Shown: positions 1 to 10,736, counted from the first letter of the stretch. The stretch: 32,000 bases of DNA from Vibrio vulnificus CMCP6 (GCF_000039765.1 NC_004459.3:1230001-1262000); one strand, 5' to 3'. Notes: a model not told the origin generated them from the letters alone. Numbers and translations are program-made.

Positions 1-102
1 CATTTGGCTGCCGAGGTATTTTACTCAAGGTATTAAAAATTTGCGTCATTAAAATGTGAACTAATATAACGAAAACTTCTGAATACCGAGTTTGGCGTTG
101 AG

Positions 103-750
103 TTATTGCTCGGGCTCTAGCTGCTGTAACAAGATCACCGCTTGGGTACGATTTTTCACCCCAAGTTTGCGGAAAATAGCCGTCATATGTGCTTTGATGG
201 TGGCTTCAGAAACATTCAGCTCATAAGCAATTTGCTTGTTGAGCAAACCATCGGAAAGCATCCCCAGTACTTTGTATTGCTGTGGTGTTAACGCGGCGAT
301 TTTCTCGGCCAAGTCATTACAGGCGGCGTTATTGGTGATCAATCCTTCAGGGAAATAAGGATCGCCATTGAGAACTTGGTTAAGTGCGGAAACCAGTGTG
401 CGCATATCACTCGATTTAGGAATAAAGCCAAAAGCACCGTGGCTTTTTACTTGTGTGACCACCGCAGGTTCTTCACTAGCAGAGACCACAACGATGGGCA
501 GGTCGGGATACTCTGCACGGAGATGGATCAAACCTGACATGCCATTGGCTCCAGGCATTTTGAGGTCAAGCAGCAGTAAATCCGGCTCTTCTTCGCGTAT
601 AAGAAGGTTCAGCAACGCATCGAGTGAGTCCGCTTCTAGCAAGTTGGCCCCACTGACCGCCATATGCACAGACTGAAACAGCGCATTACGGAACAGGGGG
701 TGATCATCAGCGATGATGATGGTGTAGGTCGAATCCATGACGTTAAACAC
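103..750 (-). CDS. crbR: LuxR/NarL-family two-component response regulator, CrbR-like
   Basis: N-terminal receiver (IIIADDHPLFRNAL, LLLLDLKMPG) and C-terminal HTH (LTPQQYKVLGMLSDGLLNKQIAYELNVSEATIKAHMTAIFRKLG). Position next to dsbD matches my recollection of V. cholerae crbR. The true start may be Met7 (MDSTYTII). Confidence 0.75.
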   Translation of the reverse strand: MFNVMDSTYTIIIADDHPLFRNALFQSVHMAVSGANLLEADSLDALLNLLIREEEPDLLLLDLKMPGANGMSGLIHLRAEYPDLPIVVVSASEEPAVVTQVKSHGAFGFIPKSSDMRTLVSALNQVLNGDPYFPEGLITNNAACNDLAEKIAALTPQQYKVLGMLSDGLLNKQIAYELNVSEATIKAHMTAIFRKLGVKNRTQAVILLQQLEPEQ

Positions 751-885
751 TTTTAACTATTTCGTTAATGGAATTATTGCAGCTTTAAGAGTGTGGACAA
801 TCTTTATACGCTAAAAGTCTGATGTAAATCGACTTTTATTAGAGAGTTTGCATATACCTCCGTTGTGAAGGTGAGAATGTGGTAA

Positions 886-916
886 GAAAAAACGCCAGCA
901 AGGTTTGCTGGCGTTT
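886..916 (-). terminator. Rho-independent terminator of dsbD
   Basis: 12-bp perfect arms AAACGCCAGCAA (890-901) and TTGCTGGCGTTT (905-916), 3-nt loop, T-tract on the minus strand immediately after the dsbD stop. Confidence 0.85.
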
Positions 917-923
917 GAATCGG

Positions 924-2714
924 TTAGTTGGAAATTCGTTGAATATGCTCCAAGAAAGGCGCCGCTTGCATAAAGCCAGTGAGTCGAGCGTTTGAAACCG
1001 GATTACCTTGCGCATCCCAAAAATCGATCGTTGGTAGGCCGAGCACTTGTTGGGCCTGTAGCAGCTCAATGTCCTGTGCTTGGTTACGCGTCACGTCGGC
1101 TTGAAGCAACACAAATTGTTTGAGTTGAGCTGCCACGGCTGGGTCGTGGAAAGTGTATTTCTCGAACTCTTTACACGCCACACACCAATCGGCATAAAAG
1201 TCGAGCATTACAGGTTTTTTGGCTTGCTTGGCTAACGCCAATTGTTGTTGAAGCTCTTCGACGTTGCGGATTTTAATAAAGCTCACTTCACTGGTTTGAG
1301 TCTGTTGAGAGCTGTCAGTAAACCAATAATTGAGGGCAGGCTGAGCGGACGCAAACAGACCCAGCACGGCAATGATGCCCACCGCGCTTTGCTTCCAACC
1401 ACCAAACTCCAAACTATTTTTCACATGGTAAAGCCAGCCAAACGCCGCGATACCCAAGGCAGACCACAGCGCGGTTGACCACATTTCAGGAAGGATGCGC
1501 TCCAATAGGAAGATTGGCGCTGCCAGCAATACAAAACCAAACAGCGTTTTAACGCGATCCATCCAACCGCCCGCTTTGGGGAGCAGTTTATTTCCAAACA
1601 CCGCGACTAAAATTAAAGGGATACCCATGCCCATGGCTAAGGCATACAGCGCAACGCCCCCCGTTAAGAGATCACCACTTTGTGCCACGTACAGCAGTGC
1701 CCCAGAAAGTGGGGCGGTGGTACAAGGCGAGCACACCAAACCGGAAATGGCACCCATGGCAAAAACACCTGCACTGCTGCCCCCTTGCTGCTTATTGCTC
1801 AAATTGTTCAGCCAAGTTTGTACGCTGCTAGGCAGTTGTAAGGTGTACACCCCAAACATCGAGAGCGCTAAGGTGACAAAAAGAATACTCAGGCCGATCA
1901 ACACATAAGGGTGCTGCATGGCGGCTTGGAACTGTAAGCCAGCGGAAGCGACAACCAGACCCAGTAAGGTATAGGTCAATGCCATGCCTTGAACATAGAC
2001 CAGAGAGAGCCCAAGCGCGCGTCGCTGACTCAGTTTACCGCTGCCTAATACGATGCTGGTCAGAATCGGGTACATCGGCAATACGCAAGGGGTAAAGGCC
2101 AAGCCAACACCCAGTGCCAAAAACAGCAGTGGCGTCCACCAGTTATCCGCTAAGCCCGAAGCCAACTGATCTTGCTGGGTCAGAGGTTGAGGCGTTGATG
2201 TATCGAGAGGGTTGGCGGTCTGTGTCGGCATTGTTGCTGGTGCCATGTCACCATTGGTAAACGAGGTAATGTCGATCACTCGTGTTTCAGGTGGATAGCA
2301 AAAGCCCGCTTTGGCACAGCCTTGGTATTGTACGATCAATTTTGCACCCGGCTGCCAGTCTTGCATTGGGATGTTAACGAACAATGGGTTGGTATAAATA
2401 TTCACATCACCAAAAAATTCATCACGGTAGGGCTGACCGTTTTCCATTTGAATGTCACCCAATACAACGTTTTCTGCGCTAAATGAAAGACGCTGTTGAT
2501 AGAGGTAGTAACCCTCTTTGACTTGCCAGTCTAGGGTGATGCGGTGATCTTGCTGGAAATAGTTAAAAGGAAAAGCCTGATCAACAGGCACAAAATCATT
2601 CGAGCCAGAAGCAAAACTGCTGTTTTGGTTATTGCCAAACAGCGCCATGGCGGGTGAGGAAAGCACAAGCAATCCAGCAACAAAGAAAGTCAATAATGCG
2701 CGCATAGTGAACAA
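924..2714 (-). CDS. dsbD: Thiol:disulfide interchange protein DsbD
   Basis: Full-length 596 aa with signal peptide, periplasmic domain containing KAGFCYPP, membrane domain with [12 protein letters not shown] and [15 protein letters not shown]-terminal thioredoxin-like [14 protein letters not shown]. Start may be Met4 (MRALLTFF). Confidence 0.97.
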   Translation of the reverse strand: MFTMRALLTFFVAGLLVLSSPAMALFGNNQNSSFASGSNDFVPVDQAFPFNYFQQDHRITLDWQVKEGYYLYQQRLSFSAENVVLGDIQMENGQPYRDEFFGDVNIYTNPLFVNIPMQDWQPGAKLIVQYQGCAKAGFCYPPETRVIDITSFTNGDMAPATMPTQTANPLDTSTPQPLTQQDQLASGLADNWWTPLLFLALGVGLAFTPCVLPMYPILTSIVLGSGKLSQRRALGLSLVYVQGMALTYTLLGLVVASAGLQFQAAMQHPYVLIGLSILFVTLALSMFGVYTLQLPSSVQTWLNNLSNKQQGGSSAGVFAMGAISGLVCSPCTTAPLSGALLYVAQSGDLLTGGVALYALAMGMGIPLILVAVFGNKLLPKAGGWMDRVKTLFGFVLLAAPIFLLERILPEMWSTALWSALGIAAFGWLYHVKNSLEFGGWKQSAVGIIAVLGLFASAQPALNYWFTDSSQQTQTSEVSFIKIRNVEELQQQLALAKQAKKPVMLDFYADWCVACKEFEKYTFHDPAVAAQLKQFVLLQADVTRNQAQDIELLQAQQVLGLPTIDFWDAQGNPVSNARLTGFMQAAPFLEHIQRISN

Positions 2715-2804
2715 AATATGGGAGTGAATGGAGTTAGTCTAACCCAATCAGACCCAGAAACGGTGCAGAAAGTTTCAGCGATAGGAAGGTTATGTGCAGA
2801 AAAT

Positions 2805-2827
2805 TAAAAAAGGGAGCCGAAGCTCCC
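2805..2827 (-). terminator. Terminator downstream of dcuA
   Basis: On the minus strand GGGAGC-TTCG-GCTCCC followed by TTTTTT (arms 2812-2817 / 2822-2827). Confidence 0.75.
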
Positions 2828-2847
2828 ATGAGTAAGACTCGTTTTAC

Positions 2848-4155
2848 TTAGATAAACAGGCTACCGAAGGCAAAGCCAAGCGCAACCGCAGAAGCGATGG
2901 TCGCTACACCCGGAATAAAGAATGGGTGGTTGAACACGTACTTACCAATGCGGGTTGAACCTGTATCATCCATCTCTACGGCAGCCAATAGTGTTGGGTA
3001 AGTTGGTAGAACAAACAGCGCACTCACGGCAGCAAAAGAAGCGACCGCAGTAAGTGGCGCTACACCAATCGCCAGTGCCGCAGGCATAAGCGCAACCGTA
3101 GTTGCGCCTTGTGAGTACAGCAGCATAGAGGCAAAGAACAGCACCAATGCCAGCATCCAAGGGTAGTCAGACAGCAAAGCACCAGCGACATCTTTAATGC
3201 CATCGACGTGAGCATTAACGAAGGTAGAACCTAACCAAGCCACACCTAGTACACACACACATGCAGTCATACCTGAACGGAACGTCGCTGCCGAAGGGAT
3301 TTTCGATGCATCGATCTTAGTGAACATCACAATCGCTGCCGCGGCAGCCAACATCACTGTCATGATCGCTTCGTTACGGCCAAGCGCTGGGTTTTCAATT
3401 AGACCAACAGAGCTGGAAATTGCCGCTGCGTAGCAAACCACAAACGCAATCGCGCCAAGGAAGATGTAAGTCGCGGTTTTAGCCGTTGGCAGGATTTCAC
3501 GTTGTGTTTCAGTGCTGAGCTTGATCAGACCTTTTTCAAGGCGATCTTGATACTCAGGATCGTCTTTCAGCTCGCTACCCATGTAGTTCGCCACCAAAGC
3601 GCCGATCATACACGCCACAAATGTGGTTGGGATACAAACCGCAAGCAGTGTTAAGTAGTCCACACCAAACGGTGCCAACATGGCCGCAAATGCCACCACG
3701 GCCGCAGAAATAGGGGAAGCGGTAATCGCGATTTGTGATGCGACAACGGCAATCGATAATGGGCGAGAAGGACGCACGCCTTGCCCTTTTGCTACTTCGG
3801 CAATCACAGGAAGCGTTGAGAATGCGGTATGACCGGTACCCGCCATCAACGTCATTAAGAAAGTGACGATAGGCGCGTAGAAGGTAATACGTTCAGGATG
3901 TTTGCGCAGGAAGTTTTCAGCAATTTGAACCAGCCAATCCATACCACCAGCCACTTGCATTGCCGCAATGGCTGTGATCACAGACATGATGATCAAAATA
4001 ACGTCAACAGGAATAAATGCTTGTTTGGTTGGTACGCCTAGAATCAGCGACAGGACAATAACACCCGCACCACCAGCGAAACCAATACCAATGCCACCAA
4101 TTCGTGCCCCTAAATAGATAAAGAGCAGAACGACTAATAACTCGACCGCTACCAT
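2848..4155 (-). CDS. dcuA: Anaerobic C4-dicarboxylate transporter, DcuA family
   Basis: 435 aa polytopic protein (MVAVELLVVLLFIYLGARIGGIGIGFAGGAG...TLMAGTGHTAFSTLPVIAEVAKGQGVRPSRPLS), directly downstream of aspA as in E. coli. Confidence 0.95.
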   Translation of the reverse strand: MVAVELLVVLLFIYLGARIGGIGIGFAGGAGVIVLSLILGVPTKQAFIPVDVILIIMSVITAIAAMQVAGGMDWLVQIAENFLRKHPERITFYAPIVTFLMTLMAGTGHTAFSTLPVIAEVAKGQGVRPSRPLSIAVVASQIAITASPISAAVVAFAAMLAPFGVDYLTLLAVCIPTTFVACMIGALVANYMGSELKDDPEYQDRLEKGLIKLSTETQREILPTAKTATYIFLGAIAFVVCYAAAISSSVGLIENPALGRNEAIMTVMLAAAAAIVMFTKIDASKIPSAATFRSGMTACVCVLGVAWLGSTFVNAHVDGIKDVAGALLSDYPWMLALVLFFASMLLYSQGATTVALMPAALAIGVAPLTAVASFAAVSALFVLPTYPTLLAAVEMDDTGSTRIGKYVFNHPFFIPGVATIASAVALGFAFGSLFI

Positions 4156-4275
4156 AGATTGTTACCTCATATATTTTATTGATTCTGATTAGCGAAACGC
4201 TTTGCCTAAAGCGCTTGAATAATCAGAAGTAAAATAAATACTTGTTATTATTATGGTTATTAATAAAGAACGGCA

Positions 4276-4300
4276 AAAAGGGCCCGCTAAGGAGCCCTTT
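4276..4300 (-). terminator. Hairpin terminator downstream of aspA
   Basis: AAAGGGC (4277-4283) ... GCCCTTT (4294-4300) with T-tract on the minus strand. Confidence 0.6.
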
Positions 4301-4310
4301 CTCTTTACGA

Positions 4311-5762
4311 TTATTCGTAACGTTTTGCTTTGTAAGTTGGGTGCATGAAGTTCTGCACAGACAGGATGTCATCCAACTCTTCAGATGTCAGCAAGCCACG
4401 CTCAAGCACTACTTCACGGACGCTCTTACCGGTTTCCGCACAGATCTTACCAACGATGTCACCTTCGTGGTGGCCGATGTATGGGTTTAGGTAAGTAACG
4501 ATACCGATAGAGTTGTAAACGTAGTTTTCACAGATCTCTTTGTTCACAGTGATGCCGTCGATACACTTGTCACGTAGGTTCACACACGCGTTTTGTAGTA
4601 GTGAAATCGATTCAAACATCGCTTGACCAATCACAGGCTCCATTACGTTCAGCTGTAGCTGACCGCCTTCGGCTGCGAAAGAAATCGTGTTGTCGTTACC
4701 CAGTACTTTGAAACACACTTGGTTAACCACTTCTGGGATAACTGGGTTAACTTTTGCTGGCATGATTGAAGAACCGGCTTGCATTTCTGGCAAGTTAAGT
4801 TCGTTCAAACCAGCGCGAGGACCAGAAGAAAGCAGACGCAAGTCGTTACAGATCTTAGACAATTTCACCGCTAGGCGTTTTAGAGCGCCGTGTGCCATTA
4901 CGTAAGCACCACAGTCTGAAGTTGCTTCGATAAGGTCTTCTGCTGGAACCACTGCTAGGCCAGTCACTTCCGCTAGGTGTTTCACGGCAAGTGCTTGGTA
5001 ACCAGGAGGTGTGTTCAAGCCAGTACCGATTGCCGTTGCACCTAGGTTCACTTCAAGAAGTAGCTTCGAGGTGTAGTCTAGCGCACGGATCTCTTCGTTT
5101 AGCGTCACTGCCCAAGCGTGAAACTCTTGACCTACTGTCATTGGAACCGCATCTTGCAACTGAGTACGGCCCATTTTTAGGATGCCGTTAAACTCTTGAG
5201 ATTTCAGCTCAAACGCACCTTTTAGGTATTCAATCGCTTCCATCAATTTATGGATGCTGTTGTAAACCGCAATACGGAAGCCCGTTGGGTAGGCACAGTT
5301 GGTTGATTGGCTCTTGTTCACGTGATCGTTTGGGTTCACCACGTCGTAATCGCCTTTCTCTTTGCCCATTAATTCTAGAGCAATGTTGGCAAGTACTTCG
5401 TTGGTGTTCATGTTCACAGAAGTGCCCGCACCGCCTTGGAATACGTCTGATGGGAACTGATCCATGCATTTGCCAGTTTCCAACATTAGGTCACACGCTT
5501 GAATGATGTAATCCGCGACATTCTTAGGAATTGCGCCCAATTCTTTGTTAGCAAGCGCAGCGGCTTTTTTGGTCATAACCATGCCACGAACGAATTCTGG
5601 TACGTCAGAAATAGTGACATTTGAGATGTTGAAGTTTTCGATGGCGCGCAGCGTGTGAATACCGTAGTAAGCGTCAGCCGGAACGTGACGTTGGCCTAAT
5701 AGATCTTCTTCAATACGAGTGGCCGGAGTTGATGCTTTTGGAGCTTCAGTTAGGGTAGCCAT
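4311..5762 (-). CDS. aspA: Aspartate ammonia-lyase
   Basis: 483 aa; fumarase/aspartase signature [15 protein letters not shown], plus N-terminal [23 protein letters not shown]. Confidence 0.97.
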   Translation of the reverse strand: MATLTEAPKASTPATRIEEDLLGQRHVPADAYYGIHTLRAIENFNISNVTISDVPEFVRGMVMTKKAAALANKELGAIPKNVADYIIQACDLMLETGKCMDQFPSDVFQGGAGTSVNMNTNEVLANIALELMGKEKGDYDVVNPNDHVNKSQSTNCAYPTGFRIAVYNSIHKLMEAIEYLKGAFELKSQEFNGILKMGRTQLQDAVPMTVGQEFHAWAVTLNEEIRALDYTSKLLLEVNLGATAIGTGLNTPPGYQALAVKHLAEVTGLAVVPAEDLIEATSDCGAYVMAHGALKRLAVKLSKICNDLRLLSSGPRAGLNELNLPEMQAGSSIMPAKVNPVIPEVVNQVCFKVLGNDNTISFAAEGGQLQLNVMEPVIGQAMFESISLLQNACVNLRDKCIDGITVNKEICENYVYNSIGIVTYLNPYIGHHEGDIVGKICAETGKSVREVVLERGLLTSEELDDILSVQNFMHPTYKAKRYE

Positions 5763-6070
5763 AACAGGATCCTTAGATAATAATTCTGATATTTAAGTGA
5801 TTGGTTAGCCATTTTCTGCAATCAGAATCCATTCATCAGAGTATTTGGCTGTAAAATCCGTCCTGACTTATGTGGCACATGATACTGTACCTTGCGCATA
5901 AAAATAGTAAGTGGATCACCTTTTTCGCTTTTATTTCGTCAATATTTTGCAAAGTATGAACAGCATGTGAATAACTCTAAAGGGGTAGTCAAAAAACACG
6001 CATTTTTACAGGATAAATTTGAGTCACTGCACGATTTGCCATTACACTGAAATCAACTAAGGGGGAGCTC

Positions 6071-6601
6071 GTGTTTCCAATATTATTACTACTGTTTATC
6101 TGTGTACCCATTGTTGAGATCGCTCTCTTCATTCAAGTTGGTGGCTTTATCGGTTTATGGCCGACAATTGGCTTAGTGCTGATTACGGCGTTTGTTGGGG
6201 CGTCTTTGGTTCGCAGTCAGGGGTTGCAAACTCTGATGTCGGTGCAACAACGTTTGCAGCAAGGTGAGTTACCAGCGCAACAGATTGTCGAAGGTGTGAT
6301 GCTGGCGGTGTCGGGCGTATTGTTGCTCACTCCAGGCTTTATGACCGATGCCATGGGCATGATTGTGTTGATTCCAGGTCCAAGAGCTGCGATTGCCCGC
6401 TACTTGATGAGCAAGGTAGTGGTAAATGGTGCAGGCGGTGGGTTTCACTCTCACTATCATAGCGAAGGCTTCGACCGCAGCCCGTTCGAACAAGACCCGT
6501 TTTATCGTCAGCCTTTTAATGATGGTAAGCAAGGCCAGACGTTCGAAGGGGAATATGAAAGCAAAGACAAACAAGACGATGAACAGAATCGTCTGCGTTA
6601 A
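6071..6601 (+). CDS. fxsA: FxsA-family membrane protein
   Basis: 176 aa; PTIGLVLITAFVGASLVRSQGLQTL and LLTPGFMTDAMGMIVLIPGPR; adjacent to aspA as in enterobacteria. Confidence 0.92.
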   Translation: MFPILLLLFICVPIVEIALFIQVGGFIGLWPTIGLVLITAFVGASLVRSQGLQTLMSVQQRLQQGELPAQQIVEGVMLAVSGVLLLTPGFMTDAMGMIVLIPGPRAAIARYLMSKVVVNGAGGGFHSHYHSEGFDRSPFEQDPFYRQPFNDGKQGQTFEGEYESKDKQDDEQNRLR

Positions 6602-6640
6602 TTTGAACAAATTCTCGTGTGATGAAGTTTGATGACATAG

Positions 6641-6666
6641 AAAAGCCGGAGTATTCCGGCTTTTTT
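6641..6666. terminator. Bidirectional terminator between convergent fxsA and trmL
   Basis: AAAAGCCGGA-GTA-TTCCGGCTTTTTT-like hairpin with T-tract on + and A-tract before it. Confidence 0.8.
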
Positions 6667-6690
6667 GATCTTGTTGGCTAGGCGGTGATG

Positions 6691-7164
6691 TTATTTCGCC
6701 CCTTGGAACCCTAGCTGACGCCATGCCTCAAAAGCAATGATCGCGACAGCATTCGATAAATTTAAGCTGCGCGCGTCAGGCATCATAGGAATACGAATGC
6801 GTTGCGACATCGGTAGGCTTTCAATCACTTCCATCGGCAGACCACGTGTTTCTGGACCAAACAGCAGTACATCGCCTTGACGATATTGCGCGTCCACATG
6901 ATGGCCAGTGGTTTTGGTGGTGCAGGCAAAAATACGATATTCACCACGCTGCTCGAGATAGTCGAGGAACGCTTGGTAGTTCTTATGGCGTGTGACACGA
7001 GCAAGATCATGATAATCCAAGCCAGCACGGCGCACCTTCTTCTCTTCAAGATCAAACCCAAGCGGTTCAATTAAGTGCAAATTTGCGCCACAGTTGGCAC
7101 AAAGGCGGATGATGTTGCCAGTGTTTGGCGCAATTTCTGGTTCGTATAGAGCAATATCAAACAT
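6691..7164 (-). CDS. trmL: tRNA (cytidine/uridine-2'-O-)-methyltransferase TrmL (SPOUT family)
   Basis: 157 aa; [74 protein letters not shown]. Confidence 0.95.
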   Translation of the reverse strand: MFDIALYEPEIAPNTGNIIRLCANCGANLHLIEPLGFDLEEKKVRRAGLDYHDLARVTRHKNYQAFLDYLEQRGEYRIFACTTKTTGHHVDAQYRQGDVLLFGPETRGLPMEVIESLPMSQRIRIPMMPDARSLNLSNAVAIIAFEAWRQLGFQGAK

Positions 7165-7271
7165 GGTATCGAGCGAATATGGTCAAAAGAGGGGGCCAGT
7201 ATATACCCAAGTTTGAAGGCTTGGGTATAAAAGTGCCCGATAAGCGACGGTGCTCCGGTGAGCGGTGATGT

Positions 7272-7880
7272 TTAGCCTATTGCTTGAGCATAATTTTGCT
7301 CCACCACTTGCCAGTCGACCACATTCCACCAAGCATCAATGTATTCTGGGCGGCGATTTTGATAGCGGATGTAGTACGCATGCTCCCAAACATCGAGGGC
7401 GAGGATCGGTTCGCCACGTACGCTGGCAATATCCATCAGTGGGTTATCCTGATTGCTGGTGGAGGTGATATGAATATCACCCTCTTTGACCACTAACCAT
7501 GCAAAGCCAGAGCCAAAGGTGTTGACGGCGGCTTGGGAAAAGGCCTCTTTGAACGCCGCAAAAGTGCCAAACTTTTCTTGAATCGCGTGGGCGAGCGCGC
7601 CTTGAGGTTGCCCTCCACCATTGGGAGACATGCACTGCCAGTAGAGAATATGGTTGTAGTAGCCACCGCCATTATTGCGCACTGCAGGGCTGTGTTGAGA
7701 GATGCTTGAGAAGATCTCAGTGAGCGTTTGATGCTCAAGCTCACTGCCTTGAATCGCCGCGAGAAACTTATCGTAATAGGTTTTATGGTGTTTGCTGTAG
7801 TGCACTTCCATGGTTTTTGCATCGATGTATGGCTCTAATGCATCGTAGGAATAGGGAAGCTCAGGGAAAGTGTGTGACAT
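7272..7880 (-). CDS. sodA: Superoxide dismutase, Fe/Mn family
   Basis: 202 aa; FPELPYSYDALEPYIDAKTMEVHYSKHHKTYYDK and metal-binding DVWEHAYYIRYQN. Mn-type assignment leans on the upstream Fur-box-like site and the neighbourhood. Confidence 0.88.
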   Translation of the reverse strand: MSHTFPELPYSYDALEPYIDAKTMEVHYSKHHKTYYDKFLAAIQGSELEHQTLTEIFSSISQHSPAVRNNGGGYYNHILYWQCMSPNGGGQPQGALAHAIQEKFGTFAAFKEAFSQAAVNTFGSGFAWLVVKEGDIHITSTSNQDNPLMDIASVRGEPILALDVWEHAYYIRYQNRRPEYIDAWWNVVDWQVVEQNYAQAIG

Positions 7881-7915
7881 GGTAAATCCTCCGGTGATGA
7901 AGGATTTACCATAAT

Positions 7916-7934
7916 CTTAATGATAACCATTATC
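7916..7934 (-). promoter_or_regulatory. Fur-box-like operator upstream of sodA
   Basis: CTTAATGATAACCATTATC matches the GATAATGATAATCATTATC consensus at 16 of 19 positions by hand count; 36 nt upstream of the sodA start codon. Confidence 0.75.
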
Positions 7935-7956
7935 AACTGCGATCTTTGTAAGGGTA

Positions 7957-9345
7957 TTAACGCCTTTTCACCAGTGGAAGAGTAATGGTGACTCGCAAAC
8001 CGCCAAGATCGCTGCGCTCAGCGTTTATGGTGCCGCTGTGCTGACGAATCGCGCTTTCGGTGATGCTTAAGCCGAGCCCGGTTCCTCCAGAATGACGATC
8101 CCGAGCGGTAGAGACTCGATAAAACGGACGGAAAATGGCTTCGAGTTCCTCTTCAGGTACCCCTTCACCATTATCATCCACCACGATATGTAGTGTGTCG
8201 TCGATGGCTTGAATAGCGATGATCACTTGGTCTTTGCCGTAGTAGATGGCATTGCGAATGATGTTTTCGATCGCGCTCATCAACAGCTTAGGATTACCGG
8301 AAATATGTCGCTCGGGTAACGGGGTGTATTGCAATACTTTGCCCATTTGTTCCGCTTCAAATTGTGCATCTTGAATGATCTCTTCCCATAGGCTGGCGAC
8401 GGGCTGCTCTTCACGATCCAAATGGCTGTTCATCTGCATGCGAGACAGCTCCAGCAGTTCACTGATCATCTGTTCCAAACGTTGCGCTTCGGTATCAATT
8501 CGTTGCAGCTCATTACTTTCGCCCTGTTTGCGTGTCGCAAGCGCATTGGCCATTCTCAAGCGGGTTAGTGGCGAGCGCAGTTCATGGGAAATATCCGACA
8601 GCAACCGTTGCTGACCTGAAATCATCTGATTGACCGCTTCGACCATGCGGTTGAAGCTGGCGCCGGCTTGGCGAAACTCCGAGGTACCTTTTTCTAAAGA
8701 GGGATCCGTGACAAATTCCCCTTTAGCGACACGTTGCGCCGCTTTTTCTAAGCGTCGTGCGGGTTGGCTGAGTGCCCACGCTAGCCACAGCAGTAAAGGG
8801 GTACTGACCAGCATCACAGCCAGTAGTAGCTGAAATGGATGATCAAACATACGCAGTAAAAAAGGCGGTGGTTGGTTCCAGCGCATCCCAACGTAAAGTA
8901 AGTACTCTTTGTTCGCTAGCGTCACTGGCAGTGGCCCTGAGAGCATAAAGCGGCCATAGAGTTTTTGTTTCGGTTGATCGGGTTGTTCAATCGAGGTGAC
9001 GAAGTTTTTCAGCGCCTTGAGTTGAAAATCCCCTTGCTTCAAGGTGGTGAGGATATTGCCATCGTAATCGGTGATGAAAAAGCGCGGCCGGCCATCTCGC
9101 CCATGGCGATCGCCGGGGCGCTCCATGCGAAAGAGAATGCGACCAAGATCAGTTTCGCCACGATATTGCTTCTCGATCTCCTGCTTGGCTTCAATAAAGC
9201 GATCGTATTGATCGGCCGGAATATTGCGTGCCTTACGAGGATCAAGGTGGGGCAAAGCCAAGACGGCCATCAGCACCAAAAACATGGTAAACCAGAAGAT
9301 CGCAAAAATTCGCCCATACAAACTGGTGATTTTCGGCAAGCGCAT
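7957..9345 (-). CDS. cpxA: Envelope stress sensor histidine kinase CpxA
   Basis: 462 aa; HAMP-like region, phosphoacceptor LLSDISHELRSPLTRLRMANAL, ATPase motifs NAIYYG, DNGEGVP, GGTGLGLSI; 3 bp from cpxR. Confidence 0.95.
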   Translation of the reverse strand: MRLPKITSLYGRIFAIFWFTMFLVLMAVLALPHLDPRKARNIPADQYDRFIEAKQEIEKQYRGETDLGRILFRMERPGDRHGRDGRPRFFITDYDGNILTTLKQGDFQLKALKNFVTSIEQPDQPKQKLYGRFMLSGPLPVTLANKEYLLYVGMRWNQPPPFLLRMFDHPFQLLLAVMLVSTPLLLWLAWALSQPARRLEKAAQRVAKGEFVTDPSLEKGTSEFRQAGASFNRMVEAVNQMISGQQRLLSDISHELRSPLTRLRMANALATRKQGESNELQRIDTEAQRLEQMISELLELSRMQMNSHLDREEQPVASLWEEIIQDAQFEAEQMGKVLQYTPLPERHISGNPKLLMSAIENIIRNAIYYGKDQVIIAIQAIDDTLHIVVDDNGEGVPEEELEAIFRPFYRVSTARDRHSGGTGLGLSITESAIRQHSGTINAERSDLGGLRVTITLPLVKRR

Positions 9346-9348
9346 CGG

Positions 9349-10032
9349 TTACTCCACAATCATTAAGTAGCCACGGCCACGTAAGGTTTTAATTCGAGAT
9401 TTGCCATCCGCACGTTCAGGGAGTTTTTTCCGCAAATTCGAAACGTGCATATCAATGGCACGGTCAAAAGCCGCTAGGCGTTTACCGAGCACATCCAAGC
9501 TGAGCGTCTCTTTGGTTAATGTGCTCCCTGGGTTTTGCATAAAGTGGCTCAGCAAGGCGAACTCGGTCGCAGTGAGGTCAAGTTGAGTGCCAGCGCAATA
9601 CGCTTCCAATCGGCCCGGATAAATTTTCAGATCTTGATACTCAATGCAATCGCTGCTTTTCGGGGCTTTCGTCGCACTGGTGCGGCGCAAAATCGCTTTG
9701 ATACGTGCCAGCAGTTCACGATCACTGAAAGGTTTGGGCAGATAGTCATCCGCACCCAGCTCCAAGCCGATGACACGATCGATCTCTTCCCCTTTGGCTG
9801 TCAGCATTAATACTGGCGTGTCCCACTGTTCACGTAACTTCTTCAACGTATCGATGCCGTTGAGTTTGGGCATCATGACATCGAGTAAGATCAAATCAAT
9901 CTCTGCCGATAAGGCTTGTAAACCCTGCTCACCGTCGTTCGCCTCGGTGACATTAAAGCCTTCATAGCTTAAGACTTCTGTCAGCAAGCTCGTCAGTTCG
10001 GTATCGTCATCAATCAACAGGATGTTTGCCAT
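9349..10032 (-). CDS. cpxR: Response regulator CpxR (OmpR/PhoB family)
   Basis: 227 aa; MANILLIDDDTELTSLLTEVLSYEGFNVTEANDG, LDVMMPKLNG, winged-helix C-terminus VSNLRKKLPERADGKSRIKTLRGRGYLM. Confidence 0.96.
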   Translation of the reverse strand: MANILLIDDDTELTSLLTEVLSYEGFNVTEANDGEQGLQALSAEIDLILLDVMMPKLNGIDTLKKLREQWDTPVLMLTAKGEEIDRVIGLELGADDYLPKPFSDRELLARIKAILRRTSATKAPKSSDCIEYQDLKIYPGRLEAYCAGTQLDLTATEFALLSHFMQNPGSTLTKETLSLDVLGKRLAAFDRAIDMHVSNLRKKLPERADGKSRIKTLRGRGYLMIVE

Positions 10033-10108
10033 AGTAGGGCCTTTCTCTCAATCAGTTCTCTTTAATATTACTGTGAAATGACCGCAGGGAAGAGGAGCAA
10101 AGTCGCTC

Positions 10109-10144
10109 TTTACGATACTTTACGCTCTCTATACGTCACTTTAC
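10109..10144. promoter_or_regulatory. Two CpxR-box-like repeats in the cpxR/cpxP intergenic region
   Basis: 10109-10123 TTTAC-GATAC-TTTAC is the exact reverse complement of GTAAA-N5-GTAAA. 10130-10144 TATAC-GTCAC-TTTAC has one mismatch. The two are offset by 21 bp. Confidence 0.8.
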
Positions 10145-10220
10145 CTTGCAGTTTGTATTCTACACTCAAGCGCTGTGAGAACAGCTCAAATGAACCACCG
10201 ACATGAGTAAGGAATTGATT

Positions 10221-10736
10221 ATGAAACTTGCAAAAAAAATGGTACTCGCTGCTGTTGTCCTTCCACTAACACTAGGTACTGCCAGCGCTTTTGCTTTTGG
10301 CGGCGGTAAAGGTCATCACAAAGGGCCTGACGGCGAATGTGGCATGGGGATGGATCGTGGCATCTTACGTCAACTTGACCTGACCGATGCACAGAAAGAG
10401 CAGTTGGATGCGATGCGTGGCAGCAACCGTGCACAAATGAAAGAGATGTATCAAGGCAACTTCGCAGCAAACCAGGCTGAGCGTCAAGCACAGCACGCTA
10501 AAGTACAGGCCTTGTTACTGGCGGACAATTTCGACCAAGCCACGGCCAATGAGCTTGCGAAACAGATGGCGGAGAAACAGGCAGAGCGCCGTGTGAAAAT
10601 GCTGGAAAAACAACATCAAATGTTGAGCATTTTGACTCCAGAGCAAAAAGCAAAGTTCGTTGAATTGCAAAACGAGCGTATGCAAGAGTGTGGCGACAAA
10701 ATGCAAAAACGCATGGAAAAGCACGCGAAAAACTGA
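10221..10736 (+). CDS. cpxP: CpxP / Spy-like periplasmic protein
   Basis: LTxxQ-type motifs (LDLTDAQKEQLDAM, LSILTPEQKAKFVEL), signal peptide MKLAKKMVLAAVVLPLTLGTASAFA, divergent from cpxRA. ORF track starts at 10203; ATG at 10221 is preceded by AAGGA and gives a clean signal peptide. Confidence 0.9.
   Translation: MKLAKKMVLAAVVLPLTLGTASAFAFGGGKGHHKGPDGECGMGMDRGILRQLDLTDAQKEQLDAMRGSNRAQMKEMYQGNFAANQAERQAQHAKVQALLLADNFDQATANELAKQMAEKQAERRVKMLEKQHQMLSILTPEQKAKFVELQNERMQECGDKMQKRMEKHAKN

Noticed and set aside
5763-6070. CRP/FNR sites upstream of aspA (e.g. near GTGGATCACC)
   Set aside because: Only partial half-site matches; biologically plausible but not supportable by eye.
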